Shown here: positions 49,443-59,647 of the stretch, piece after piece
Position numbering within the stretch: position 1 is the stretch's first letter
How the letters are laid out: every line of letters begins with the position of its first letter
NCBI GenBank assembly: GCA_050950825.1
Contig: JBMNIH010000002.1
Span: 96,001 to 160,000, forward strand
From: Clostridia bacterium
Lineage (GTDB): Bacteria > Bacillota > Clostridia > JAAYHZ01
DNA length: 64,000 nucleotides
Direction: 5' to 3'
Made by a program: the position numbers and the translations under genes
The notes under the pieces: generated by a model
Told to the model about the DNA's origin: nothing
Seen by the model: only the letters and a program-made list of their open reading frames with translations
Databases searched by the model: none

Positions 49443-49660
49443 ACGATCCCACTCCTATCAATAAGTTTGTCTTAACCACAACATATATGGTTTATCACGC
49501 GTGACACCTACATTATAATGTGTTGTACTCCAATTGTATAGAACAACTTATCGACAAATATCGAGGAATTTTCAAAAATCTCGTACAATTGTCGTCAGAA
49601 TTGTAGAATTTTGTCGAATTTATACCCATTTTTGTCGTACAATTTTGAAATATCATAAAG

Positions 49661-50905
49661 TTATATATAGTTTTTTCTGTTCTTCACCCAATTATTTTTA
49701 ATTATTTCCAATTTTCTCGTTATTATTTCCAAAGATTCTCCGTTAATCAACATGGAATAAAAGGTCTTAATCAGGGAATGAATCGTACTTTCCTTCTCGA
49801 TACCGCAGACGATTTCGATGGCATTGTCAATACCTTGTTCTTCAACGATTTTTGTAACCTGTTCGGATCCGGGATCGTCCTTACCGCGGAATAAAAATCC
49901 GGAAGCGATTCCCAGACATATGGCCGTCGGCAGAATATCGTTTTTCATGCATAGCTTTGCCGCTCCCGCCAAACGATCCTCGGGAGAAAGCTTTCTTTTT
50001 GTGTCTCTTCCTACGCGGTCCACCGTATCTCCTAACAGCGGGTTTTGAAAACGATACAGCAAATCTTCGCCGTGGCAAATCAATTCCTTCATATCAACCG
50101 AATGCTCTTGTGCTAACGCCATAGAGGATTCCAACAACGCTTTTGTCACCGGTACTTTGACGGAAGGATCCTCGCAGGCTTGCCATAAAGCTTCGTATCC
50201 TTTGTATTTCCCCAAGTAAGCCGTCATTGCGTGGGCCATGTTATGCATGTACAGTTTGCGTTGAATATAAAAGTCGAAGGGCTCATACGGAACCATATTT
50301 TTTACATATGGTATTGATCCTTTGAATCCTTTTTTATCGACGGGAACCACGTTATACTCTTCCACATAAACCCTTAACGGATTATCGCCCTTCATTTCGT
50401 CTGTCATCACCGGAACCATTCTTCCGATGGACGCTTCCACCAATCCGATATTTTCATCGAACCAAGGATGCATACTTTCGGGAAGCTTGTCCTTTAACAG
50501 CTTTTCCAAAAATTTATCGGCACCGATCAAGTTTTCACAAATGATAATATTCAAAGGCTCGGAATTTTTCATCTCAAATCTTTTTGCGATGCCTGCCGCA
50601 ATGGGACCCGCAATATAGGGCAACACATTCACCCCTACGGCGGTCGCCATAACATCGGCGGCGGCTATCGTTTCCGCAGTCATTTCCACGTTTTTCCCGT
50701 TTACCGCGCTTACGTTTTTAACCGTTATTTCTTCATATCCGTCTCTTCGTGCTATTTTTACGGGATAACATCCGTCTTTGTTTAAACGGTCCACAACGGA
50801 ATCCGCAATGTCGATAAAAACAACATGATAACCGGATTCGCTGAACAATTGACCGATAAAACCTCTTCCGATATTACCTGCACCGTACATTACCGCTTTC
50901 TTCAT
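49661..50905 (-). CDS. mtlD: Mannitol-1-phosphate 5-dehydrogenase family protein
   Basis: KAVMYGAGNIGRGFIG, TAVG, ICEN, RMVP, RKLYMHNMAHA, RFQNP...RVGRD..RKL. Confidence 0.8.
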   Translation of the reverse strand: MKKAVMYGAGNIGRGFIGQLFSESGYHVVFIDIADSVVDRLNKDGCYPVKIARRDGYEEITVKNVSAVNGKNVEMTAETIAAADVMATAVGVNVLPYIAGPIAAGIAKRFEMKNSEPLNIIICENLIGADKFLEKLLKDKLPESMHPWFDENIGLVEASIGRMVPVMTDEMKGDNPLRVYVEEYNVVPVDKKGFKGSIPYVKNMVPYEPFDFYIQRKLYMHNMAHAMTAYLGKYKGYEALWQACEDPSVKVPVTKALLESSMALAQEHSVDMKELICHGEDLLYRFQNPLLGDTVDRVGRDTKRKLSPEDRLAGAAKLCMKNDILPTAICLGIASGFLFRGKDDPGSEQVTKIVEEQGIDNAIEIVCGIEKESTIHSLIKTFYSMLINGESLEIITRKLEIIKNNWVKNRKNYI

Positions 50906-51042
50906 TCTATCGCAACCTCCCATAGGATTTTGCCGTTATTATGCATATTGTTTACAAAAAGACAACATATTTATTTTACATCAACCGGATTTTTCAAACA
51001 AGGTTTTTAAAGTTAAAAAAATAAGGCTTTTTGAAAAGCCCG

Positions 51043-52188
51043 CTACCGTTTTCGAACCATCCGTTCCAGTGCATCCAAAGCGTAATCGATTTCGTTAATG
51101 TGGTTGTATATACCGAAGCTGAATCGCACCAAGCCCTTATCCTCCGTTTTTAAGTAGCGATGCAAGTTCGGAGAGCAGTGAAATCCTCCTCTTGCGCATA
51201 TACCGTAGTTCGAGCTTAATATATGAACGGCTTCTTGAGAATCCATTCCGTCGATATCGAAAGATACGATACCGCAATTGTCTTCAGGAACATAAGGGGT
51301 AATCCCCTTGATATTCTCCAATCCCATCAACATGCGGCTTATCAATGTCTTTTTATGACGATGAATTTTTTCCGAGCCGATGTTGCTTACGATTCGAACT
51401 CCTTCCGTCAGCCCAACGATTCCGGGAAGATTTAAGGTGCCGGCTTCCAACATGTCGGGGCTTACGTTTGCAGGATCCGGGAGCATACTGTCGGTTCCCG
51501 TTCCTCCGTAAAGAATCGGTATTAAATCAAATTCGTTCGTGCATACGAACCCGGTGCCTTGAGGGCCGTACAAATCCTTATGACCGGTTCCTACAAGGAC
51601 ATGGATGTTGTTTTCGATCATATCCGGACGAAGTGTTCCGGCTCCTTGGGATACGTCGACAACAAAGAACAATCGGCGGTCCTTGCACAGCTCCCCGATT
51701 TCCTTCACGGGCAGAATGTAGCCCGTAATGTTCGAAGCCAATGAAACAATGACCGCCAGCGTATTTTTTTGAATCTTGCTTTCAATATCCTTCGGGTAGA
51801 TACGGCCGTACGGATCGGGCAAGCATATGTCGTAGCTTAACAGGCCTTTTTTTGCATAGTGATACACGGGTCTTATTACCGAGTTGTGTTCATAGGATGT
51901 GAATACCACATGACCTTTCATGGCAGCCAAGGTTCCGATGACCATATTAAGTCCTTCGGTTGCATTTTTCATAAATACCGTCTTCAAAGGATCCTTTCCG
52001 TTGAAAAACTCCGTTAAGGCCAATCGTCCTCGGAACACCGCCTCATCCGAAAGCATCGCCAAAGAATGTCCGCTTCGTCCGGGATTAGCACAGAAATTTT
52101 CCATGCAGGACGTCATGGCCGATATTACGGAAGCGGGTTTCGGAAAAGTGGTGGCTGCATTATCGAAGTAGATCGTTCTTTTTCTCAT
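51043..52188 (-). CDS. Cysteine desulfurase family (aminotransferase class V)
   Basis: IYFDNAATTFPKP, EHNSV, TGHKDLYGPQGTG, EAGTLN, RGGFHCSP. Confidence 0.88.
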   Translation of the reverse strand: MRKRTIYFDNAATTFPKPASVISAMTSCMENFCANPGRSGHSLAMLSDEAVFRGRLALTEFFNGKDPLKTVFMKNATEGLNMVIGTLAAMKGHVVFTSYEHNSVIRPVYHYAKKGLLSYDICLPDPYGRIYPKDIESKIQKNTLAVIVSLASNITGYILPVKEIGELCKDRRLFFVVDVSQGAGTLRPDMIENNIHVLVGTGHKDLYGPQGTGFVCTNEFDLIPILYGGTGTDSMLPDPANVSPDMLEAGTLNLPGIVGLTEGVRIVSNIGSEKIHRHKKTLISRMLMGLENIKGITPYVPEDNCGIVSFDIDGMDSQEAVHILSSNYGICARGGFHCSPNLHRYLKTEDKGLVRFSFGIYNHINEIDYALDALERMVRKR

Positions 52189-52209
52189 AATAAAAACACC
52201 TGTTGTTCG

Positions 52210-52785
52210 TTACATTAAGACCGGTTGGTATTGTTTTTTCTCAAGAGCCGATTCCATCACGGGTTTTAGCAGCTCAAAGTTTGCTATCAGCGAGTTTTTC
52301 TTGCTGTGAGGTGCATCTTGTTTAAAAGGAATAAAATAGATATTTTTCATGTTCATCAAAAGTCCGATATTCTTTAAATTGGCTCCTAAGCCGTCGTTGG
52401 TAGACAGTCCTAAAACTACCGGCCGGTCGTTTCGAAGATGGGCTTTGACGGCCATGGTAACCGAAGAATCGGTTATCCCGTTGGCCAATTTGGCCAAGGT
52501 GTTTCCGGTACAGGGTATTACGGCAAGAATGTCGAGAAGCTTATTGGGACCGATCGGTTCCGCTTCCTTAATACTCGTTATGACTTTTTTATCGGTTAGA
52601 ATCTCCAACGTACGGATTAATTCGTCCGCTTGGATAAATCTCGTATTGGTGACGGATACGATTTCCGATAGGATGGGATAAACATCGCATCCTTCCTTCA
52701 CGAGGTCTTCCACCACGGGAAGGACTTGGGGAATGGTGCAAAAGGATCCTGTCATGGCGACTCCCACTTTTAAGTTTTTTAACAT
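52210..52785 (-). CDS. spoVFB: Dipicolinate synthase subunit B
   Basis: TGSFCT, AEPIGP, PCTGNTLAKLA, KAHLRN, STNDGL, QYQP. Confidence 0.95.
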   Translation of the reverse strand: MLKNLKVGVAMTGSFCTIPQVLPVVEDLVKEGCDVYPILSEIVSVTNTRFIQADELIRTLEILTDKKVITSIKEAEPIGPNKLLDILAVIPCTGNTLAKLANGITDSSVTMAVKAHLRNDRPVVLGLSTNDGLGANLKNIGLLMNMKNIYFIPFKQDAPHSKKNSLIANFELLKPVMESALEKKQYQPVLM

Positions 52786-52786
52786 T

Positions 52787-53635
52787 TCACTCACTCTCCA
52801 GAATAGAATTCTCACGTAAAATTTTATATATGACCGAGGAAGCCGAATAATTGAACAGTTTGCCGGGCAAACTCAACGCATGATTGGCTTTGATTCCTCT
52901 TTTTTCGGCATATTCAAAATCGGTTCCTCCGGGAATCGAGGCCAGATCAATGATGATGGCATCTTGTTTTACACGATCTAAAACCTCTTTCGTCAGCACG
53001 ATGGCAGGAATGGTGTTGATGATGATGTCAAATTTATGAATCTCCTTTGCGATATCTTCGGTATGAATCCCTTTGTACCCGTTTACCGATATGTAAGTCA
53101 AGTCTTTTTCTTTACGAGCCGTGACCGTAAAATCACCCCGGAAACCGGCCAGCAGATTGCAAAGAGCCTTGCCGATTCTTCCGTAGCCTAAAACCAGCAC
53201 ATTGGCATCTTTTAACGTAATGTTTCCGTTGCTCAGCGCAATCATTATCGCCCCTTCCGCCGTTATTTCCGCATTTAAAATTTGAAACTCTTCGGTATTG
53301 GCATAATCAAAAACAGAAACGCCTTTTTCCGAAGCGAATTGCGCCAAATCCTTCGGAATGATCCCGGCCGTAAATACGCTGCCCGGTTTCATTTTGTTAA
53401 CGACCTCGTACACATCGGCATAATAGCCTTCTTTTGCGTTTAAAAGCGGTGCCGGCTTACATAAAGGTACGGGACCGATTAGAACATCCAAGTCAAAGGA
53501 ATGAGGCAACTTATCTTTTGAGTTTTCGACATCCATGTAATACGCATCGGGCGTGCATCCTGTTTCCCGAATGATGTTATACAAGCTGACCATTCTTTTG
53601 TCTCCGCCTATGAATCCGATCTTTTTTTTCTCCAT
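52787..53635 (-). CDS. spoVFA: Dipicolinate synthase subunit A
   Basis: GGDKR, NAEITAEGAI, LGYGRIG, IDLASIPGGTDF, SLPGK; adjacent to spoVFB. Confidence 0.92.
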   Translation of the reverse strand: MEKKKIGFIGGDKRMVSLYNIIRETGCTPDAYYMDVENSKDKLPHSFDLDVLIGPVPLCKPAPLLNAKEGYYADVYEVVNKMKPGSVFTAGIIPKDLAQFASEKGVSVFDYANTEEFQILNAEITAEGAIMIALSNGNITLKDANVLVLGYGRIGKALCNLLAGFRGDFTVTARKEKDLTYISVNGYKGIHTEDIAKEIHKFDIIINTIPAIVLTKEVLDRVKQDAIIIDLASIPGGTDFEYAEKRGIKANHALSLPGKLFNYSASSVIYKILRENSILESE

Positions 53636-53678
53636 ATTTTAATCCTCTTTTGGTATACATAAAATAATCTCGCTTTAC

Positions 53679-53705
53679 ATTCTATGAAAGCCGGCGGTAA
53701 GATGT
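53679..53705 (-). promoter_or_regulatory. sigmaK promoter of spoVFAB
   Basis: ACA-16 nt-CATAGAAT; spoVF is sigmaK-dependent in B. subtilis. Confidence 0.75.
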
Positions 53706-53765
53706 GAGAAAAAGACAAAAAAAGAAGGCCTTGTAGCCTTCTGTTTCGTTCCTTATAAACTGTTT

Positions 53766-54989
53766 TTATATTTTCCCGATAAAGGCAAAACCTCGCTCTT
53801 TATCCTTAAAAAGCAGCTCCGTAAATTTCGCAACGTCTTCTTTCGTGATGGCCATAATTTCTTCCGTTATTTCTTCTTTCGTACGTACATTGCCGTAAAG
53901 CAGCTCCGATTTACCGATGGCGTTCATACGAGCTCCGGTGGATTCTTGAGACAAAAGGTATCCGCCCTTCAGTTGCTCCTTCGCCTTAGAAAGCGCATCT
54001 TCATCCATTTCGTTTTTGACAAACTCGGCGATTTCCGCATCCATAAGATCGATGACTTGCTTTAAGCTTCCCGGGTTCATACCGGCATAGATAACAAACA
54101 GCCCTTCCTTGTTGTAGAACACGGGATAGGAGTAGATGGTATAGACAAGTCCGTATTCTTCACGGATTTTCTGGAAAAGCCTCGAGCTCATGCCGCCGCC
54201 CACCACATTGTTGATCAGCATTACGGGATAAACCTCTTTGGTTCCGGCCGGAACGCTCTTGTATGCGACGCAAAAATGGACCTGCTCCGTATCCTTCTTG
54301 ATTTTATTCTCTACAGGCGTAAATACGGTTTCATCACAGCAAGGCTTTTGCGAGTCGGTCTTCGGCCAATTGCCGAAGTATTTTTCCACTTGCTCCGCCA
54401 AAGCTTTCTCGTCGATGTTTCCGGCTACGGCAATGACGCAGTTTTCCGGATAATACATACGGCTCATGTAGTCCCTGATTTCGGCTTCGCCGATAGCCTT
54501 CAATACTTCGGGCGTACCCAATACCGGCATGCCTAACGCTCCTTCCGGCCATACCGTCTGCTGAATCACATCGTGAATCAACTCCTCGGGAGAATCGTTG
54601 TACAGGTTTATTTCTTCCAAAACCACGTTTTTCTCCACATCCAAATCTTCTTTTCTGAATTTGGAGTTAAACAACATATCCGACAATAAGTCCAAGGATG
54701 TTTCGAAATGATTGTCCAACGTTTTGGTATAATAACAGGTCATTTCTTTTCCCGTAAAGGCGTTGATTTGACCGCCGATGTTGTCGATTTCTTCCGCAAT
54801 TTGCTTTCCGGTTCTCCTCTCGGTACCCTTAAAAAGCATATGCTCGATCAAATGAGAAATTCCGCGCTCGTTATCCCTTTCGTATCTTGATCCTGCGCCG
54901 ACCCATATACCGGTACTGATCGAACGTACATAGGGCATTTTTTCATATACGATGCGCAGGCCGTTTTTCAGTGTAATTTTTCCGTTCAT
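53766..54989 (-). CDS. M16 family zinc peptidase (MlpA/YmxG-like)
   Basis: HLIEHMLFKGT (HxxEH), NAFT, SSRLFQKIRE..GLVY. SD GGAGG before ATG 54989. Confidence 0.92.
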   Translation of the reverse strand: MNGKITLKNGLRIVYEKMPYVRSISTGIWVGAGSRYERDNERGISHLIEHMLFKGTERRTGKQIAEEIDNIGGQINAFTGKEMTCYYTKTLDNHFETSLDLLSDMLFNSKFRKEDLDVEKNVVLEEINLYNDSPEELIHDVIQQTVWPEGALGMPVLGTPEVLKAIGEAEIRDYMSRMYYPENCVIAVAGNIDEKALAEQVEKYFGNWPKTDSQKPCCDETVFTPVENKIKKDTEQVHFCVAYKSVPAGTKEVYPVMLINNVVGGGMSSRLFQKIREEYGLVYTIYSYPVFYNKEGLFVIYAGMNPGSLKQVIDLMDAEIAEFVKNEMDEDALSKAKEQLKGGYLLSQESTGARMNAIGKSELLYGNVRTKEEITEEIMAITKEDVAKFTELLFKDKERGFAFIGKI

Positions 54990-55076
54990 GATACCTCCAA
55001 TCGACTTTATCTTGTATATTTTGTCCGATCTTTTCGGTTCCATTCGAGACAATAGGAAAAATTTATGTTTTGTGTC

Positions 55077-55106
55077 AAAAGACCGCATGTTAATCTGCGG
55101 TCTTTC
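55077..55106 (-). terminator. pnp terminator
   Basis: aaagaccgca-tgttaatc-tgcggtcttt. Confidence 0.8.
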
Positions 55107-55128
55107 TCTTTCTTTATATTATATTCCG

Positions 55129-57249
55129 TTATTTCGCTTTCTTCTTTACGTCTTTTTCTTGGTCCTTAAGAGCGTCTTTTCTGGAAAGATTGATTCGACC
55201 TTGTTTGTCGATTTCAATAACCTTTACCAAAATTTCATCTCCCACGTTCACGATGTCTTCCACGCGATTCACGCGGTTCGTATCCAATTTGGAGATGTGG
55301 ACCATACCCTCTTTGCCGGGCAAGAACTCAACAAAAGCACCGAAATTCATTATCCGCACCACTTTACCCATGTATACGGATCCGACCTCCGGTTCGTTTG
55401 CAATGCCTTCCACGATTTGAATGGCTCTGCGGCCCATTTCTTCATTGTCGGTATAGACATAAACGTGTCCGTCGTCGTCAATGTCGATTTTAACGCCGGT
55501 TTCATCGATAATCTTGTTGATGACCTTACCGCCGGAACCGATAACCTCACGAATCTTATCGGGATGAATCTTCGTTTGGAATATCTTAGGCGCATACTTG
55601 CTTAATTGTTCTCTCGGCTTGTCGATGACCTTCAGCATGCATTCGTCCAAAATGAAGTACCGACCTTTTCTCGTAATTTCAAAGGCTTCTTCGATAATAT
55701 CATAAGTCAAGCCGTCCACCTTAATATCCACTTGGATGGCGGTGATTCCGTTTTTCGTACCGGCAACCTTAAAGTCCATATCGCCGAAGAAGTCTTCGAT
55801 TCCTTGGATATCCGCAAAGGTTACGTGGCGGTCCGGGTTTTCTTCGTCAATCACAAGCCCCGCCGAAATACCGGCAACCGGTTCTTTGATCGGCACACCG
55901 GCATCCATTAACGCCAAGGTACTGCCGCAAACACTTCCTTGGGAGGTGGAACCGTTGGACATCATGACCTCCGAAACAACGCGGATTGCATACGGGAATT
56001 CTTCTTCCGTCGGAAGAACCGGCAAAATCGCGCGTTCCGCCAAGGCACCGTGTCCGATTTCTCTTCTGCCTGCGCCTCTTGAGGGTTTTGCTTCGCCCAC
56101 GCTGAAGGACGGGAAGTTATAATGGTGCATATACCGCTTGGTTTCTTCCAAGCCGATACCGTCCAGCATCTGTACTTCCGCCATAGCGCCTAACGTAACG
56201 GTAGAAATAATTTGGGTCTGTCCTCTTTGGAACAGAGCGGAGCCGTGGGTTCTCGGAAGCAGTCCTACTTTTGCATTTAAAGGTCTTATTTGGTCCAAGG
56301 AACGTCCGTCCACTCTCTTTTTGTTTTCCAGAAGGTTGGTACGAACGATCTTTTTCTGCAGCTTGTACAAAGAGTCGGTAATAACGTTAGGTGTTTCGAT
56401 GTACTTTTCACCGAACTTTTCTTGAACAATTTCCGTCACTTTATTGACATTCAAATCTCTTTGGGCTTTATCTTCGACGAATAATGCTTCGACCATCATA
56501 TCATGGGCAAACTCCCCGATTTCTTGGTAAGCTTCTTCGGGAACCGCCATGGATTCGTATTCGAATTTGGGTTTACCCACTTCTTTCGTGATTTCTTCAA
56601 TAAAAACAATCAGTTTTTTAATCTCTTCGTGACCTGCTTTTATCGCTTCTAACATGATCCGGTCATCCACTTCTTGGGCCCCGGCTTCGATCATAATGAT
56701 TTTATCCTTTGATGCGGCCAGCATCACATTCATTTTGCTGACTTCCGATTGCTTGGAGGTGGGATTGAAAACGAACTTGTCGTCAACAAGTCCGATAATG
56801 ATTCCGCCGACCGGTCCGTCGAAGGGAATGTCCGAAATGTTTACGGCAATAGCCGCTCCGACCATTCCGGTAATTTCCGGTGAATTGTCTTGGTCTACGG
56901 ATAAAACGGTACAGTTAATAACCACATCATTCCTTAAGTCGCCAGGGAACCGAGGTCTTAAGGGGCGGTCGATGGCTCTTGCGGCCAGAATGGCTTTTTC
57001 CGAGGGTTTTCCCTCTCTCTTTACATATCCGCCCGGAATTTTTCCGACGGCATACAGCTTCTCTTCAAAATCAACGCTTAAAGGAAAAAAATCAATTCCT
57101 TCTCTCGGCACGGATGAAGCAGTGGCTGTGCACAACAATACCGTATCGCCATAGCGTATCAATACGGCACCATTTGCAAATTGAGCAACTTCGCCGGTTT
57201 CAACAATTAACTCTCTGCCGGCATAATCGGTCTTAAATACTTTATGCAT
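55129..57249 (-). CDS. pnp: Polyribonucleotide nucleotidyltransferase
   Basis: DFFPLSVD, RREIGHGALAE, SNGSTSQGS, GDMDFKVAGT, KH and S1 domains. Confidence 0.97.
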   Translation of the reverse strand: MHKVFKTDYAGRELIVETGEVAQFANGAVLIRYGDTVLLCTATASSVPREGIDFFPLSVDFEEKLYAVGKIPGGYVKREGKPSEKAILAARAIDRPLRPRFPGDLRNDVVINCTVLSVDQDNSPEITGMVGAAIAVNISDIPFDGPVGGIIIGLVDDKFVFNPTSKQSEVSKMNVMLAASKDKIIMIEAGAQEVDDRIMLEAIKAGHEEIKKLIVFIEEITKEVGKPKFEYESMAVPEEAYQEIGEFAHDMMVEALFVEDKAQRDLNVNKVTEIVQEKFGEKYIETPNVITDSLYKLQKKIVRTNLLENKKRVDGRSLDQIRPLNAKVGLLPRTHGSALFQRGQTQIISTVTLGAMAEVQMLDGIGLEETKRYMHHYNFPSFSVGEAKPSRGAGRREIGHGALAERAILPVLPTEEEFPYAIRVVSEVMMSNGSTSQGSVCGSTLALMDAGVPIKEPVAGISAGLVIDEENPDRHVTFADIQGIEDFFGDMDFKVAGTKNGITAIQVDIKVDGLTYDIIEEAFEITRKGRYFILDECMLKVIDKPREQLSKYAPKIFQTKIHPDKIREVIGSGGKVINKIIDETGVKIDIDDDGHVYVYTDNEEMGRRAIQIVEGIANEPEVGSVYMGKVVRIMNFGAFVEFLPGKEGMVHISKLDTNRVNRVEDIVNVGDEILVKVIEIDKQGRINLSRKDALKDQEKDVKKKAK

Positions 57250-57422
57250 GAACAAATCCTCCATAATACGTTTATTCATACACTGCATTCATCGTGCAAA
57301 ATTCCAGAAAACTGACACCGAAGAGCATCTTTCCTGTATGAAACATGCTCTTCGGTCTCAATTTTCTGTTGCCAATGAATGCAAGTGTATTGTATTAAAT
57401 TTATTAAAATTATGTTATTTTA

Positions 57423-57453
57423 TAACAAAAGGGGGCATTCCCCCTTTTTTGTT
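57423..57453 (-). terminator. rpsO terminator
   Basis: aaaaggggg-catt-ccccctttt hairpin directly after the stop codon. Confidence 0.75.
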
Positions 57454-57712
57454 ACTTTCTTAAGTTTAGTTTCTCAATGAGTTCACGATATTTTTCGATA
57501 TCGGAATCCATTAAATAGTTTAACAATGCACGACGGCGTCCAACCATTTTTAACAGACCTCTGCGGGAATGATGATCGTTCTTATGAATTTTTAAGTGTT
57601 CGTTCAAATGGTTGATTCTTTCCGTCAGCAAAGCAATTTGGACTTCCGTCGATCCGGTATCGTTTTCATGAAGCTTGAATTGATCGATAACCTCTTGCTT
57701 GCTTCTTTTCAT
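57452..57712 (-). CDS. rpsO: 30S ribosomal protein S15
   Basis: [32 protein letters not shown]. Confidence 0.98.
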   Translation of the reverse strand: MKRSKQEVIDQFKLHENDTGSTEVQIALLTERINHLNEHLKIHKNDHHSRRGLLKMVGRRRALLNYLMDSDIEKYRELIEKLNLRK

Positions 57713-57714
57713 GG

Positions 57715-57790
57715 TTTTACCTCCTTTTCATTCAATCACCGAAAGCCAGGTAAGAAGTCGGAGACTCTTCAAACTTAGCAACCGGTTATA
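57715..57790 (-). ncRNA. Putative S15 autoregulatory leader
   Basis: About 75-nt structured 5' UTR (AACCGG...CCGAC...CGGT) between the promoter TTTACA-17-TATAAT (57800-57828) and rpsO. Assignment rests on position and resemblance only. Confidence 0.45.
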
Positions 57791-58051
57791 CAAAGTAGGA
57801 TTATAGCATATTCCCGTTAATTTGTAAATAAAAATTTATCTTTCTCTTTTGTCTTTAACAACTATGCATACATCTTATTATATGCTATTATATTTACTAT
57901 AAAAAAGGGTGATGTAGGAATATTTAATAGCTAATCCCGTATGTATGAAGATGTATAGGGTGACTTTCCAATTTTATGTACGTTTTGTACTATAAATAAT
58001 ATTTTTGCATCGTATCTGTTTTAAAACATTATAATTAGGAGTGTTCATATC

Positions 58052-59596
58052 ATGATTAACGTCTCTTTTATGGATATGTTAAGAGAAATTGGCACTAGCG
58101 GCATAATCATCATTGCCATCATTATTTTTGTCTTTATTGTAGCCTTATTAACAAATTTTATTACGATTCTCCGATATAAATCGATTTCGAGCTGTTTTGA
58201 TAACAAAAAGCAAACAAAAACCGGTATATTCAGCAACGAGCTTTTGAACAGTATCGTTCAGGAATATAAAATTGCGGCAAAAAATAGTCTCAGCGAGGTT
58301 AACACCCAAGCGATCATCGAAAAAAGCTTCAATGAAAATATGAAATTAATGTCCATTGCCGAGTCTTTTGTGAAAAAAAGCCCTGCCATATTGGTCATCC
58401 TGGGTCTGTTCGGAACATTCTGGGGCTTGACGGCTTCCGTAACAAAGCTGATTGAAATCATCACCTCCAACATCATCAACGATGTGGAGGTCAATATGGG
58501 ACAGCTTTTGGAAAGCTTGTCCGGAACGGCTTCCGGCATGGGCGTAGCCTTTTCTACCAGTTTATTCGGGATCGCCTTCAATATCTTATTGACGGTAATA
58601 TTCATCTTTGCAAGCTGCGAGGATGCAAGGGTATCTTTGATGGTTATCATTGAAGAATATTTGGATAATACCGTTTCCATCGTCATTTCGAAGGACAAAC
58701 AAACGGAATACACGATGCTGAACAACATTTTAAGAGAAACCTTCGTGGAATTCGGTGCCAAAATACAAGAATCCATGACAAAGACCGTGGAAGACTTCGG
58801 TGAAAAATTGACCCACGTGGTTATGGACGTTTCTCTATCCTCCCAGACCTTGGACAATACGGTGGAACGGTTTGACAAATCCCTTGAAAACTTTGCCGTC
58901 AATATGCGAAGCTTAAGCGACTTCAATACGAATATGAGAAACAATATTCAATTGATGGACGTGAACTTTATACGAGTAACCGAAGCTTTAAACGAATCCG
59001 CTTCGGTCATCACCGAAAATTACTTAACGATCAAAGAGTTTTCCGATAAGGTGAAAGTCATTGCCGACCAAATTACGGCCTTTAATACCGACATCGTATC
59101 CCAGATCGAAAGTGTCGTAGACCAAATGGAACACACCGTTTCCTTTGTGGGCAAGTTATCGGAGGAATTAAAATCGAATACCGACACATCTTCTTGTGAA
59201 TTAAGGAAGATACAAGAAAATTTCATTGAATCCTTACATACGTTCAATCAAGACCTGAAAGAATCCGGAGCACAGCTTGCCCAAGCCATCACCGATGCTT
59301 TGGGCGTAGGCATCGGCCGGATGTCGGAAGACGTGGCAAATCGTATAGATACCGCTTTAAAGGGTGTCATGAATTCATTGGAAAACTTCGAAGAAAACGA
59401 AAAATCCTTGGCAAAAACCATTGCGCTTTTGCCCCAGCAGGTCATGGCATATAACAAAGTGGCTTCCGATCAAATGCAAGAAAAATTGGATGAGTTGGTC
59501 AATACGGTCGGAAAAATCGAAAAAACTCAAACAATTGCCGTTTCCGAGCAAGAAGAAGCGATGCCGAAGAAAAAAAGAGGCCGGTTGAGAATATAA
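58052..59596 (+). CDS. MotA/TolQ/ExbB-family proton channel with long C-terminal helical tail (ZorA-like)
   Basis: TM1, then PAILVILGLFGTFWGL and GMGVAFSTSLFG, followed by about 320 aa of heptad-rich helical sequence. Confidence 0.8.
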   Translation: MINVSFMDMLREIGTSGIIIIAIIIFVFIVALLTNFITILRYKSISSCFDNKKQTKTGIFSNELLNSIVQEYKIAAKNSLSEVNTQAIIEKSFNENMKLMSIAESFVKKSPAILVILGLFGTFWGLTASVTKLIEIITSNIINDVEVNMGQLLESLSGTASGMGVAFSTSLFGIAFNILLTVIFIFASCEDARVSLMVIIEEYLDNTVSIVISKDKQTEYTMLNNILRETFVEFGAKIQESMTKTVEDFGEKLTHVVMDVSLSSQTLDNTVERFDKSLENFAVNMRSLSDFNTNMRNNIQLMDVNFIRVTEALNESASVITENYLTIKEFSDKVKVIADQITAFNTDIVSQIESVVDQMEHTVSFVGKLSEELKSNTDTSSCELRKIQENFIESLHTFNQDLKESGAQLAQAITDALGVGIGRMSEDVANRIDTALKGVMNSLENFEENEKSLAKTIALLPQQVMAYNKVASDQMQEKLDELVNTVGKIEKTQTIAVSEQEEAMPKKKRGRLRI

Positions 59597-59647
59597 CAAA
59601 AATTGAATGTCCTTTGCTTGTTTTATTTATTTGCGGGGTGAAAAAAA

